From: Lepidodermella squamata
Taxonomy: Eukaryota; Animalia; Gastrotricha
NCBI GenBank assembly: GCA_047495785.1
Contig: JBLDXI010000024.1
Location: 2,666,001 to 2,730,000, forward strand
DNA: 64,000 nucleotides
Direction of reading: 5' to 3'
Part shown: piece after piece, positions 36,129 through 48,035 of the stretch
How positions within the stretch are numbered: the first letter of the stretch is position 1
Layout of the letters: each line of letters begins with the position of its first letter
Program-made: the position numbers and the translations under genes
Notes under the pieces: generated by a model
Seen by the model: the letters and a program-made list of their open reading frames with translations, nothing else
What the model was told of the DNA's origin: nothing
Databases searched by the model: none

Positions 36129-38002
36129 ATGTTGAAATTAGCCCTTCCCTTAGCTGTAGTCTTTACGCAAGTTCTCGAACTTTGTGCAAAAAGTGTGAAT
36201 GACCTTTACGACCCTGATCTAATCAGTAAGTTGCATTTCAGAACGCCTCTTGACTGAGAAATTTTGAACCCACATTTCAGCTGGGTCCGAATATGATGTT
36301 AAGAGGAAGATATTCAACAACTATTCGCCCGGAATGAGGCCGCGCAAGAACTCCATGGAAGCTGTTGAAGTATCCGTGGGCATGACACTGTTCTCAATCG
36401 ACGATATCGTAAATCATCCATCAAAATTGAGTACTGAGAGTTACTCTGTATTTCCAGGTTGAAAAAGAGCATAAAATAATCACTACTGCGACTGTGACTG
36501 CGATGTGGTATGACGACTATCTGGCTTGGAATAAGGCTGACAACATATCAGTCATACCTTTCGTGGTAGCTCATAAAGATGACATTTGGGTTCCGGATTT
36601 CGCAGCAGTTTCGATAAGTCTTACGTCCAACAGCGATTCTTTTTTCCTTACATCTCCATTCATATGTTTTATACAGTATTGATATGTACGAAGTTTCGAA
36701 AGTTGACGGAGTCGACGTGAATATTCAGTCAGATGGGTTGATTGTCTACAACCCGAAAGCTAGTTTCTCAACGATCTGCGAGTTCGACTTCACCATGTTC
36801 CCTTTTGACATTCAACGATGCAAAATTGCCCTTGAAAGCTGGACATACCTACCGAAACACCAGTTCTTCACCGCGCTAGATCCACCCGTCGATCTATCAG
36901 TTTTCAAGCCGAACGAGCAGTGGGATTTGCTTGATATCGAGAGCAGCGACTACATTCATTGCCCTGAGAATGCGACGGGGTCGAATTGCAATGCAGGGGT
37001 ATTGCCAACTTTCAATATTTCCCATCATTTTAATGCATTTTTCCGGCTAAGATCTACTTCGATTTCATTCTTCAAAGGAAGAGCGAGTACTACATGAGTG
37101 AGTTTGACTTTGTTTTTGCCCGTTGATGTTATGAAGTCTATACTAGTTGTCGCGATTGGACCGGTTATCCTAATTAGCATTGTGGAACTGTCGACCTTCA
37201 CGCTACCGGTGACGAATGGTTAATGTACAATTTCTTCATCTTCGTGCTATAATTTTAGATCTTAGATCCTACCAATATTCACATATCATTCGTCTGCTTG
37301 CTGTCATACACGCTGCTGCAAGTAGAGCTAAATAAGGAACTTCCTCGAACGGCCGATCATCTGCGTGAGTATTCATAGGATTCCTAGAATGTTCTTGATT
37401 GAGCCTACTTTTCAGCTCTACTAAGCTACTTCTTGGTATGCCAAATGGCCTTTCTCGCTTTCGCAATACTCGGGGAGGGGCTTGCGTTCTGGCTAGTTAG
37501 CCTCGGCTTGAACGATAGAGTAAGGATAGATTTTCGAATGCCATGAACCTCCAGGGTCTGATGTCAAATCTAGGAAATGTCAGCACATGTACGCGTTTTC
37601 TCTCTCGCGCTGTCTAAAAGTTTCGGCATAAATGATGATGAAGTTGATACCTTGGAAGAAGCAGCTGAGAAGAGTCAACATTTCCGCCCTTCGAAACGGC
37701 CTAAACCGGCAGCTTATGCCAAAGTCAATAAGGTGCACGTCGATCACTTTGGCGTTTCGTTCAAGCATATCTTTCCTGAGACCTTCATGGATGAGCAACC
37801 ACCTGAGCCGGTCGAGGAAGCACATGACTATAGAAATTGGTATCGTTTAGCGTTGGCTGTAACCCGATTGACGGCTGGGATATACGCAGCTCTTGTCTCT
37901 TTTACGCCGCTTTTAATGTTTGTCATATATGTTAAATTCGGCGGACGCGTACCTCACCACGACAGGCCTGAGAACAGGGAGTTGCTGATGGCAGGTGTTT
38001 GA
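36129..38002 (+). CDS. Cys-loop ligand-gated ion channel subunit, multi-exon, paralog A3
   Basis: MLKLALPLAVV signal peptide, WVPDF, Cys-loop CEFDFTMFPFDIQRC, ESWTY, CPENATGSNC, TM1-4. Non-canonical intron at 36614-36674. Confidence 0.85.
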
Positions 38003-38400
38003 AAAGCCACGTTACCGTAAATTATGAACTAGATGGAAATTTTCCATACTCAAAAGATAGAAAAACTAAAATTCCTCCATATCCTGGAAATTGATGGTTT
38101 GCTTGTATGCATCTCACCCTTACAACACTAACTGTTTATAAATCCATCTTAAAATACGTAATACTTTAAATTACGTTAAATTATGTTTTATCAATTAATG
38201 TTAAGATATGTATTGACCAGTATAATTGATGTACAGCAAATGAGTTAAAATAAACGCCCACCGCAAAACTAACAATTATAAGCCCTCGCGTAACAACTCG
38301 TGCCGTCGCCTGGTCTCGTAAACTATGTAGCTTCGCGGCTAATCGCATTTCAATTATAACTCATACACAGCCATGAAATCAGTTCGTTTCAGCTTTGATA

Positions 38401-40821
38401 TCATCGATTTGAGCCTATTTCTTGGTAAACTGAACCATTTTCGCCTCGTGCAGTTACGCCTCGCCGCTTCAGTAATCCTACTCCCCAGAAGACACCAGTG
38501 ACAGCTGAGAACGTCAGGGAACTAAACGATATCGCAATTTCCTGACCAACCTGGGTATCCTGAGTGACAACGATGAGTACAGCAGCCAGTTGCAACGTCA
38601 GACCATTCACAATGCTCAGACACATTGCATTTACGTCCGAGCATATAAAGTCGTTCGAATTTTTCAACAGTTGCTTGGTGCGATAAGTATGAAAACTTGC
38701 GTAGAACAACAGAGAAATATGAGCGATCACGAGGGCTAGTAGCCAATAGATGCTATTTGCTGTACGGCAGTAGTACTTTAAAATAGTGTAAGCAGTATCG
38801 CTAGCAGGGTTGTAATTTCTTGCGGAGGTGTTTGTTTCGGTGTAGCAACGCAGCGAATCAACGGTGAGCCAAATTGTTACGAAAACAAGGTTAACACCAG
38901 TGAAGAATAAGCTGAAAAGAATCACTGGCTTCGCTGTGAAAGATTCGATCTCTGTTCTAGCTCGATTATTTCCAGACGTTCCGGCCGAAATACGCGAAGA
39001 CGATGGTTTCGATTGAGTAATTGACTGTTTCTGAGTAGAATTAGAAGCGTTTGTAGCAGTGCGAGGTGGGGTGCGTTTAACCCTTGAGACTTTGGCGTAT
39101 GCGAGTAGACCTCGAAAAACTAGTGTGCCGTTCACTAGACTTGATCCTAACACCAAAAAAACGATGTCAATGATAGAAGTCGCCAGTAGGCCCTGACTAG
39201 AGCTGGAAGAAAAAGCTATGGCTGCGCCATTCAAGAAGAGACAGCCTAGGTATCCCACAGCCTTTCCGATTCCGAAATTCGACCGAAATCGTGGGTTTAA
39301 TGACCGAACTAATCCGGCTATTTGAAGAAAGGATAACAAAACAGAAAGCATGACGATTGATTCAAACACTGAAGGAGAGACCTCGGCAACAACTGTGAGG
39401 GTGATCGGCCGGTCTCTCGGCGGTAATCCATTTGTACCCCACTCTTGCCATGAAAACGCCTTGTCTTGAGCAACCAATTTGTAACGGCCATAGAAAAAAT
39501 CCGGCATTTGAGATTCAACTTCTTCAGAGATGAAAAGGTTGTGGTATCCAGTTGGGCGCCAATGTGTGTACACAATCAAGTCGTTTTCTTTGTACCCCCT
39601 CTTGCTGTACCTTAATTGACCTCGAAGGCCTGATCTGTTAACTAGTAGGACTGACTCATTCGCAACCTTCATGACTACTTGAGGTTGGTCGGCAATGTTT
39701 CGAAGGGACATGTTGTAGCGTTGTTTTAGCCGAAAATCAGCATCATGAAGTGCGAAAACAGCAGTAAGGGCTGCGTCATGGCAAATGTAGGACAGGCTAC
39801 CCTCGGGTATCCCATATTTCTTAATGCTCTCTGGAGTCATCATGACATTTCGCAGGATATCAAAAGATGCCTTATCCATGCCAAGCTCTGATTTCCTTTT
39901 CGAATCGACCACGCTGATGACTGACCCGGCGAATATTGTAGTTTTGAATATTTCAGCAATCATCTCGCGAGTGCATTGTGGCTCGAGAATTGAAAGTGCA
40001 ATGCTAGAGGGGTCATAAGCTAATAAGTTATTCATGATAAAAGTGTACTTCGAACCCCGAAATCCCAAGCGATGAGCCCTACATAAGACCTTCCAACCCA
40101 GAAAATCCTGCGTTACGTAAACGACTACAACCCTGATGTCGTGATACAGCAAGTCATAGATTACGTCATCTTCGATATCCATCATGAGATTGAAGTAAGG
40201 AATCGATATGTTGAGGGCATTTGCGTATTTTTGAACGAAAATCGCGGCCAGGTAGTCATTCGGGCTGTTGACGGAGGCGACAACTGCGATTTTTGACCAT
40301 TTACCAACATCGCGGATAAAATGAGCTAGGGACATTGCGACGAGTTCGCCAGTTGATGTTCCAAGGTAAAGATTCGGGTATTTAACGTGGTCAGCAAGTA
40401 TTGGCGAGCTGCAAACCAACGCTATATCGACCATGTTAAGGTGGTGGAGTACAGGACCGATGGTTTTGCAACCCGATGAGACAAAAGGCCCTATCATGAT
40501 CGGGGCTGGAAATGTGTTTGCCACTTTTTGCCCTTCCCAGTATCTCGAGAATGCAATGAGCTCTTTAATGGGGGTCGCACCGAGGAAGGGGTTGACTTCA
40601 TCCCTCACATCGGCGACAATGTTGCAGTCAGGCAGGATGTCACTTCGATTGTTCACCGCATCAATGACCACTTTGATCGAAGGATTGCAGCCCTCATTCT
40701 CAAATGCGAAAACTTGTAGGAAAGAGAGATTGTAAGGTTTCTGGAGGGCCTGGCTAGACGTGAGAGCCATTGCCAGGCATAGCCCGTTGATCGCCAAATT
40801 CATTATCGAAATATATAGCAT
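38401..40821 (-). CDS. Intronless class C GPCR (GABA-B-receptor-like; Venus-flytrap domain + 7TM), C1
   Basis: 806 aa: signal peptide, VNNRSDILP, IGP..S..C, SPILAD..KYPNL, GLRGQL, W..G.PPRD directly before TM1 (no Cys-rich domain), seven TM segments. Confidence 0.85.
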   Translation of the reverse strand: MLYISIMNLAINGLCLAMALTSSQALQKPYNLSFLQVFAFENEGCNPSIKVVIDAVNNRSDILPDCNIVADVRDEVNPFLGATPIKELIAFSRYWEGQKVANTFPAPIMIGPFVSSGCKTIGPVLHHLNMVDIALVCSSPILADHVKYPNLYLGTSTGELVAMSLAHFIRDVGKWSKIAVVASVNSPNDYLAAIFVQKYANALNISIPYFNLMMDIEDDVIYDLLYHDIRVVVVYVTQDFLGWKVLCRAHRLGFRGSKYTFIMNNLLAYDPSSIALSILEPQCTREMIAEIFKTTIFAGSVISVVDSKRKSELGMDKASFDILRNVMMTPESIKKYGIPEGSLSYICHDAALTAVFALHDADFRLKQRYNMSLRNIADQPQVVMKVANESVLLVNRSGLRGQLRYSKRGYKENDLIVYTHWRPTGYHNLFISEEVESQMPDFFYGRYKLVAQDKAFSWQEWGTNGLPPRDRPITLTVVAEVSPSVFESIVMLSVLLSFLQIAGLVRSLNPRFRSNFGIGKAVGYLGCLFLNGAAIAFSSSSSQGLLATSIIDIVFLVLGSSLVNGTLVFRGLLAYAKVSRVKRTPPRTATNASNSTQKQSITQSKPSSSRISAGTSGNNRARTEIESFTAKPVILFSLFFTGVNLVFVTIWLTVDSLRCYTETNTSARNYNPASDTAYTILKYYCRTANSIYWLLALVIAHISLLFYASFHTYRTKQLLKNSNDFICSDVNAMCLSIVNGLTLQLAAVLIVVTQDTQVGQEIAISFSSLTFSAVTGVFWGVGLLKRRGVTARGENGSVYQEIGSNR

Positions 40822-41580
40822 ACTGAAAGAAAACTTTTCTTTCTTAGTAGTTCAGAAAGTAGTAGCACTCAGTAGCCGACGCCAGATTTCACTGGAATTA
40901 TGGGATCTGCTTCTAAATTTACTACAGTGCCTCTGCTTCCTTCCTACTTAAGGCTGTCGTGATTCGCTTAATAATTACTTTGAGGTTTCAATTCGAAACC
41001 GCGGTTGCAAAATCTCCTCTCTGAACACGCCATGTCTGCCTTTTTTTGACATACATTTTTGGACGAGAAAAGATGGGAATATATGCATCATATCAAGCAG
41101 AAAGCTTCCTTGATTTTTGCTCATCTCTGTCACTCACATAGATGTACTTAGCATGAGAAAACATTGTCACCAGGATGGACTAATGTCCATATTGTGCGAT
41201 TTCTCTTTACTTCACGATTTTGTTTTGCCCGTTTCCGAGATGAAGGATAGCGCAACTGATCGGAAGATACATTGTATTTCCCCTGGGGATAAGCGATAGT
41301 TTTAGCTTTTTTCTACCATCCTTTGTCATTCTGGCAGCTGGCAGTAGCTTCCTAGAAATTTGATCCAATCACGTAAAAACCGAAAATTACCTAACCATTG
41401 GGAATCGTAGGCCCTTTGCCATTGATTCATTTTATTTTTCATGAATTCCACATAGCAGTGGGATCAAATGATTCTCAGAGCAACAGGCTTGTTTGTTTCC
41501 GGCTTTCAGATAGCATTAATTCGCGACAATGAGGAGGATCAGAGCTGCTGAGTAAAATCTATACATTAAAATGCATTTTC

Positions 41581-43935
41581 CTAGTGAGTCTTGAGCTTCA
41601 ACAACGGATATCCCCAGACAGCGGTAGACGAGACTGACAATGCAAGTGAGAAAAATGACATTGCGACAAATCTTTCGACATGAGTGTCGAGGGTCACAAT
41701 GACAAAAACAGTGGCTAACTGGAGTGTCAAGCTGTTAATCGGACTGAGCAACATGGCTGATGACTCGTGGCAAAAGAATCGTTTCGAACTTCGCAGCAAC
41801 TGTTTAGCCCGGTAGGAGTCATAACACCCATAGAACAAGAGTGACACATGCATGACCACAAGGCCTGCAATCCAATACATTTCATTCGCTGTTTTGCAAT
41901 AAGTTACCGAAACCTCATAGACTGTATCGGTATCCTTATCGTAATTCTTGCTAGATGCATCGATTTCGTTGTAACAACGTAGAGAGTCGGTTAACAGCCA
42001 AATTAGGATGTAAACCATGTTTATAGCAGCGAAAACCAATGCGAAAGCTATCGATGGTTTCGAAGTACTGGCCTCCAGGTCTACTCCACGGTTACTAGAC
42101 CTAGTTGCTCCTATTCCGAAACTTATCGCATTTATAAGCCGCCTCGCAGTTACTTTCGAGTACTCGGACGAAAGAATTGGGGCAATGAACGTGACTCTGT
42201 TACGCAGAATTCTGGCTGTAGCTAGCATCCCTCGAAAAGCTAGAATGCCGTTGATTAAGCTTAGCCCTAATAATAGGAGAACTAATCTGATGATATACGC
42301 TGTCATTTCATAACCATTACTTTTCGCTGAGAAAACAATCGCGGATGCATTCATGCAGGTACAACCGCAGTAGCCGACGATCAATGCTAGTCCGAAATGA
42401 AGTTTTCCCCGCATTTGAAGAGTAAGAGCGATAAGGATTAAGGTGGATACTGTGACAATTCCGGCTATAACTGTGACAGTTATGAAAACAGACTGCGGGA
42501 CTTCGGAGATCGAATAATTGACGATAGGTCCATCTCTCGGAGGTTGCCCCAAGTTACCCCAAGCTTGCCAAGTGAAACCTTTATCTAGTGCCACCAGCCT
42601 GTAACGGCCATAGAAAAAATCAGGCTTTTGCGATTCCACTTCCTCGGAGTAGAAGATATTATGGTAGTACCCATTTGGGTGCCAATGTGTGTATACAATC
42701 AGGTCATTTTCTTTGTATCCCCTCTTGCTGTACCTCAATTGACCTCGAAGACCGGATCTGTTTACTAGGAGGACTGACTCGTTCGCGACTTTCATGACAA
42801 GTTGAGGTTGGTCGACAATGTTTCGAAGAGACATGTTATGGTGTCGTTTCAGCCTCATTTCTGCATCATGGAGAGCGTAAACAGCAGTAAGAGCTGCGTC
42901 GTGACAAACGTAGGACAAACTACCCTCGGCGGCTTCCCACTTCCTGACAGTTTCAGCGGTCATCAATGAATCACGCTTCCTGTCAAAAGTCTCTTTGTTA
43001 TCCCCAAGCTCAGATTTCCGAGTTGGATCAAGAACATTGATGATAGAACCAGCGAAAATTGACGTTTTGAATTGCTCAATAATCATTGCTCGAGTGCATA
43101 GAGGGCCGAAAACGTTCTTAGGATCGATTGTGAGTGGGTCAGCTGCCACTACGTTATTCAATATGAAGGTGAATCTCGGACCTCGCATGCCTAGGCGATG
43201 AGCTTTACACATCAGTTGCCACACCGAGACTGATTGAGTTACGTATATCACGACAACTCGAATATCACGAGCTAGCATTTCATAGATGACGTCATCGTCA
43301 ACGTCAAGAATCAAGTTGAAGTATGGAACAGAAATGTTAAGCGCAACAGCATATTTTTGAACGAACATCGCACTTATGTAATCATTAGGGCTGCTAATAG
43401 AGGAAAGAATACCGATTCTTGACCATCTACCGACGTCGCGAAAAAAATGAGCAAGGGACATTGCTACTAGTTCTCCAGTTGATGTCCCGAGGTAGAGATT
43501 AGGATAGCTCACATGATCAGCGAGAATAGGGGAACTACAAACCAGAGCAATATCAACCATATTGACATGGTGTAGAACTGGACCTATTGCTTTGCAGCCT
43601 GTTGAAACGAATGGGCCAAGCATGATGGGAGCAGGGTATGTTGAGGCACTTGTTTTATTCTCCCAATATCTCGCGAAGGAAAGCAATTCCTTGAGAGCAT
43701 TTGCGCCCGAGATACCACCGGCCTCGTTTCTAGCATCGGCTATCAGGTTGTAATCAGGTAGGATATCACTACGGCTATTCACTGAGTCGACCACAACCTT
43801 TATTGAAGGCCCACAAGGGTCGTGTTCCATGGTGTAAACCTGCAGAAATGATAGGTTGTAAGGCTTGAATAACGCAGTTATTAACCCGGGATGGAAAGCT
43901 GCTATCCCAGAAATAACTAGAAGAATTGTCTTCAT
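41581..43935 (-). CDS. Intronless class C GPCR (GABA-B-receptor-like), C2
   Basis: 784-aa tandem paralog of C1 with the same motifs. Confidence 0.85.
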   Translation of the reverse strand: MKTILLVISGIAAFHPGLITALFKPYNLSFLQVYTMEHDPCGPSIKVVVDSVNSRSDILPDYNLIADARNEAGGISGANALKELLSFARYWENKTSASTYPAPIMLGPFVSTGCKAIGPVLHHVNMVDIALVCSSPILADHVSYPNLYLGTSTGELVAMSLAHFFRDVGRWSRIGILSSISSPNDYISAMFVQKYAVALNISVPYFNLILDVDDDVIYEMLARDIRVVVIYVTQSVSVWQLMCKAHRLGMRGPRFTFILNNVVAADPLTIDPKNVFGPLCTRAMIIEQFKTSIFAGSIINVLDPTRKSELGDNKETFDRKRDSLMTAETVRKWEAAEGSLSYVCHDAALTAVYALHDAEMRLKRHHNMSLRNIVDQPQLVMKVANESVLLVNRSGLRGQLRYSKRGYKENDLIVYTHWHPNGYYHNIFYSEEVESQKPDFFYGRYRLVALDKGFTWQAWGNLGQPPRDGPIVNYSISEVPQSVFITVTVIAGIVTVSTLILIALTLQMRGKLHFGLALIVGYCGCTCMNASAIVFSAKSNGYEMTAYIIRLVLLLLGLSLINGILAFRGMLATARILRNRVTFIAPILSSEYSKVTARRLINAISFGIGATRSSNRGVDLEASTSKPSIAFALVFAAINMVYILIWLLTDSLRCYNEIDASSKNYDKDTDTVYEVSVTYCKTANEMYWIAGLVVMHVSLLFYGCYDSYRAKQLLRSSKRFFCHESSAMLLSPINSLTLQLATVFVIVTLDTHVERFVAMSFFSLALSVSSTAVWGYPLLKLKTH

Positions 43936-44644
43936 TACAGCTGTTTTGCGAGAGTTTCTGTTGCAATGGATGTTTATAAAAGCTGCATTAGCACCTGGGG
44001 ATCCGTGATATGCGTGGCTTGAGGTCCTGCATGCTCTAGGTCTGTTGCTGCAGCGCCGGAATTCCGAGTCGAACAGCTTTTAAAAATGAATTTATGATAA
44101 ACAACTTTTTGCGATAAAAAGTCCTGTTTCCGTGAATGATCCCAGATCTCTTATAACATAAGCACGTACTTCAACGAAGTCTAAATTTAACAAAGTTTCT
44201 CTCGGTTTGCGAGTATAAAATGGCGTTCATCGATCCTGACGTCGGTAACAAGTTTGCCGGAATATCAGCTTGAATGTCATACGCTGTTAAGCCATTCTCT
44301 CCGCATGCATGAAGTATACGGATAGATCAATACTGAGTGATTGAAGGATACCGGTGTGACTACAAATGTTTGTTTGATCTAGTTGAGGTAAATTATGCAT
44401 TTTAATATTTATGGGGAGAACTCATCGATAAGCCAGGGCTTTAGGATCAACTTATCAACTTATACAATATATTATCAAAAGAAACTTATGGAAGCCTTAT
44501 AAAATTTTAATCTTCGAACGATACAGCCGGAAACACGGCGTTAAATCGAACTTTCTGCACCGACAATAACTTCCATTGTAGACAATAACTCCACAGACAA
44601 AATTGTTGCCCTGCCCCTATCAGACAGACATTTGAGCTCGAAAG

Positions 44645-47196
44645 ATGATAACAAAATTAGCTGCCTTGATCATTCTGCCAAGTCTAGCGGCGAGGCCAGA
44701 TGAAGATTGGGTTGCCAGACCAGAATTCGCGAACAAGCTACTAACTACCTTGACTCCAATTTTCGAAGCGGAGACTAAAATCTCTGGAGAATGCTTTGTC
44801 TACTGCCAGATGAAAAACTGCGACAGTGTTGCGTACAGTAACTCGTTCAAGACATGTAAGCTCTATCAGCATCCTCCAAATGTAACAACACCACTACCGC
44901 CGCTGCGGCTCGATCTCGATTTTCAGCACCAAATGTACCACAAGCGACAGTTTTGCCCGCCTGATTGGGTAATGGATCCAGATAGCAATATCTGCTATTA
45001 CATGAATGGAATGAACACCATGGTTGATCGCAACTCGGCATGGAAGTATTGTGAAGAGGCCCATGGTTCAGTTCTGGTGACATTCGAAACACCCGAACAG
45101 CGATCCTTTCTTTACTCGGTAATTTACGAACGCAAACATTTTTAGGCGAAATTTCATTTCTTTCCGCAGGTACTTCGAAACAGTTACAGCACTATTTCGA
45201 AGTGGTGGACTGGGTATGCTTTGTTTGACTCGAATCTTTGGAGCCGGCCTGTCGAGGAAATCAGTGGCTACGTGAAGAGACGCGGCGACTGTGGGGGTAG
45301 CGACATAACAACCCCAGTATGTCAAGCTGTCTCAGGCCCTCAGCAGTGCGCTGATCGCTGCGATCGAATGTATGGCAGTCAATGCGTGGCGTTTGTTTAT
45401 GTGAAATTAACCAAAATGTGCTGCCTGAAGTACAGGTCTTGTGAGAACCCTGCAGCGGATCTGACATCTGAGATCTGGGTTTACGAAAAGGTTCACGCAG
45501 ATCGGCCACCTTCAGCTACACTGTCCAACTCGCAATGCCCGAACAATGACATTAAAAGCATCACAGGCGTGACCAGAAAAAAGTGTAACGAAGCGTGTTT
45601 AAGCACGCTTGGCTGTGTATCCTATGCTTACGCAGTATCAACATCAACTTGTTGGTTGAAGTACAAAACTTGTTACGATGTATCACGAAGTGCTGGTAAC
45701 CCAGCTGTTGTTTATTACGAATTCGACAGCAATAGCCCAGGAGTTTGCCCTTACGGCATGCGATACAGGGATGTATGTCTATCTCTACATAAATCTTACA
45801 CTAATTACAACGGGGCTACATCCAATTGTCGGAAAATGGGCGGGAAATTGGTTACTCCAAGCGGCCTAATGAAACGAGCCTTGATTTCGTTTTACATGAA
45901 AACACTTCCAGTCAAGAGGCACGCTTGGATTGATTGGGTGGATGACGGCCACGAGGGCAACTGGACCACAGCGGATTCAAGCCTAACACTACTGGACCCG
46001 TTTTACGATCGATGGGTCTGGTTGGTGGGGTAATTTTTCTTGAATCACTAAGCTTCGATAAAGAAACTTGCTTTTGGTTTAGGGGCACTGAACCTAATGG
46101 AGGCACTGCGGAAAACTTTGCCGATTTGTACGTCGGGCAAATGGATAAAATTAATGGTTTATTGGTATGCGTTCTCATTGACGTTAATCCAAACGATGCA
46201 ACATTATGGCCAATCTGTGAAACGCGTATAACATTTTGGTCGCGCTCAGTTTTTTGAGGTTAGGATGTTCTCTTTTCAGCGATTTCAATGTCATGGCCGG
46301 ATAAATGCCGTTTCACTCCTAATGGTCGCGAGTACTACGGAACTGTATCTCAAACTGTTAGCGGAGTGGCTTGCAGGACATGGGACCATGCTAATAATAC
46401 ATACAGAGCTAACTGGCAAGCCTATCCAGACTGGTACCTGAGCCACTCGTACTGCCGCAACCCAGACCCGAACCTATTTAACAACAGCGTTTGGTGCTAT
46501 CGAAGCGACAACGGTCAGCCTGAGGCCTGCAACGTACCAATGTGCCGTAAGTTATTCTAATACCGTAACATAATGTTTCACGACGAAATAATTTCAGCCG
46601 AATCTGACTGGGCGAACGGGCAGATTTTCAACAGCGTCTCTTACCCGCACGCCGCCATTTCGAGCTCGCCATCGGCGTCGGATGGCTACGACTGGACCAC
46701 AGAGCCATTGACGGGCACAGCAAATGCTCTGTGCAAGATGAAGACCGAAGAATGGTGCCCGTACTACTTCAAAGGCAGTTGCTACAGAGTGTACAATCAA
46801 CTGGTGACATTCGACGAAGCTAGTGCTATTTGCAAGAAAAACAATTGGCACTTGGCGTCGATCACAAGCTACGACGAGCAGAAATTCGTCCAGAGTTTCA
46901 CAATGAATGCAGGAGGTGAGTTGTACTTTCAAATTCGACACAGCATCTTACAAATTTTGAAAATAGGCATGTACTTCACCCCCGATGTTATATGGATTGG
47001 ATTGCGAAACAGTGCTAATGTCCCTTTGTCTACTTGGGAAAATGGCGAGCCTGCTGCTTCTTTCTTCTATAACCCAGGTGAGCCGAACGGAGGCGGTACA
47101 TCTTGTGCTGGCATTTGGACAAATGCTGGTCTTTGGGCAGATGCTCCCTGTACTGACAAATTCTTTTTCATCTGCGAGACTGAGATTGGCCGGTGA
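44645..47196 (+). CDS. Secreted PAN/apple + C-type lectin + kringle multidomain protein, paralog L1 (6 exons)
   Basis: Signal peptide, PAN (ECFVYCQMKNCDSVAY..CKLY), CTL motifs, kringle (NGREYYG..SG.AC..W..YCRNPD..WCY..C.VP.C), terminal CTL with WIGL, EPN, WAD, FICE. Confidence 0.85.
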
Positions 47197-48035
47197 ACTA
47201 GCTGGGGATCTCGTGGCTTATAAACTCTAAGATTAACCTCGATTGTCAACGTTAACATACCATGTAGAGAGTTTTGTTTGTGATTGAGATTTTGACAGTG
47301 ATTCAAGATTAATGCTGATAAAAACCTAGGAGATTCAACGATGCGTGATTGGGAATGGGGACACTAGTTTAGGATGGAACGCGCCACCATTTGCAGCACC
47401 TGTATACAAAACGGGGCCAGGCTGAACTTTTTTCTTGCCAATCGAAATTGTTATTGAATTCATCGATTCTCAAAAAGACTTCCAGAACTGCCAGCGAAGC
47501 CTTATTTTCTGCTAGTGGGGATAATCGACTAAAAAGTACGAAGTATAAAGCAAACAATAATGTTGTGCTGCTAATCGCAATTTTATTCGTTAAATCGGTA
47601 AAAAGCCAGTGTTCCTGCCTACGCACTAAACCTCGACACCTATTGCAAAGCTCTATAGGTCGAAACGACCGCCGGGTGATTTAATATGCATTCAGCACGA
47701 TAGTAACTCGGCAACGGTGAACCATGTCGGGTATAACGGCAAACAGCAAGCTGAAGTGGCAACGACGAACACAGACAGCTTAACTATTGCAAATACCGGT
47801 TAGAAAGTTGATTAATTATTTCTCCTAATGGATAAACAAGTGACGGCTACATCACCGTTCCCAATGCCGTCTCTCACACCTTGGGAAAGCCAGGTATTGC
47901 CAGGTAGAGATCACACTTATGATTGCTAGCGTAGGAAACGATAAATCGAACTCTTAGTGGGAGTAATCGCATGTCGAGGAATAAAAAACCATAAGTCAAG
48001 ATTCGCTCTATCGAAGAAACTGGAACGCTTCTAAA

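Noticed and set aside
39560-39680. Gene conversion between the class C GPCRs in the identical 37-aa block
   Set aside because: The DNA copies differ at many synonymous sites, which indicates purifying selection instead.
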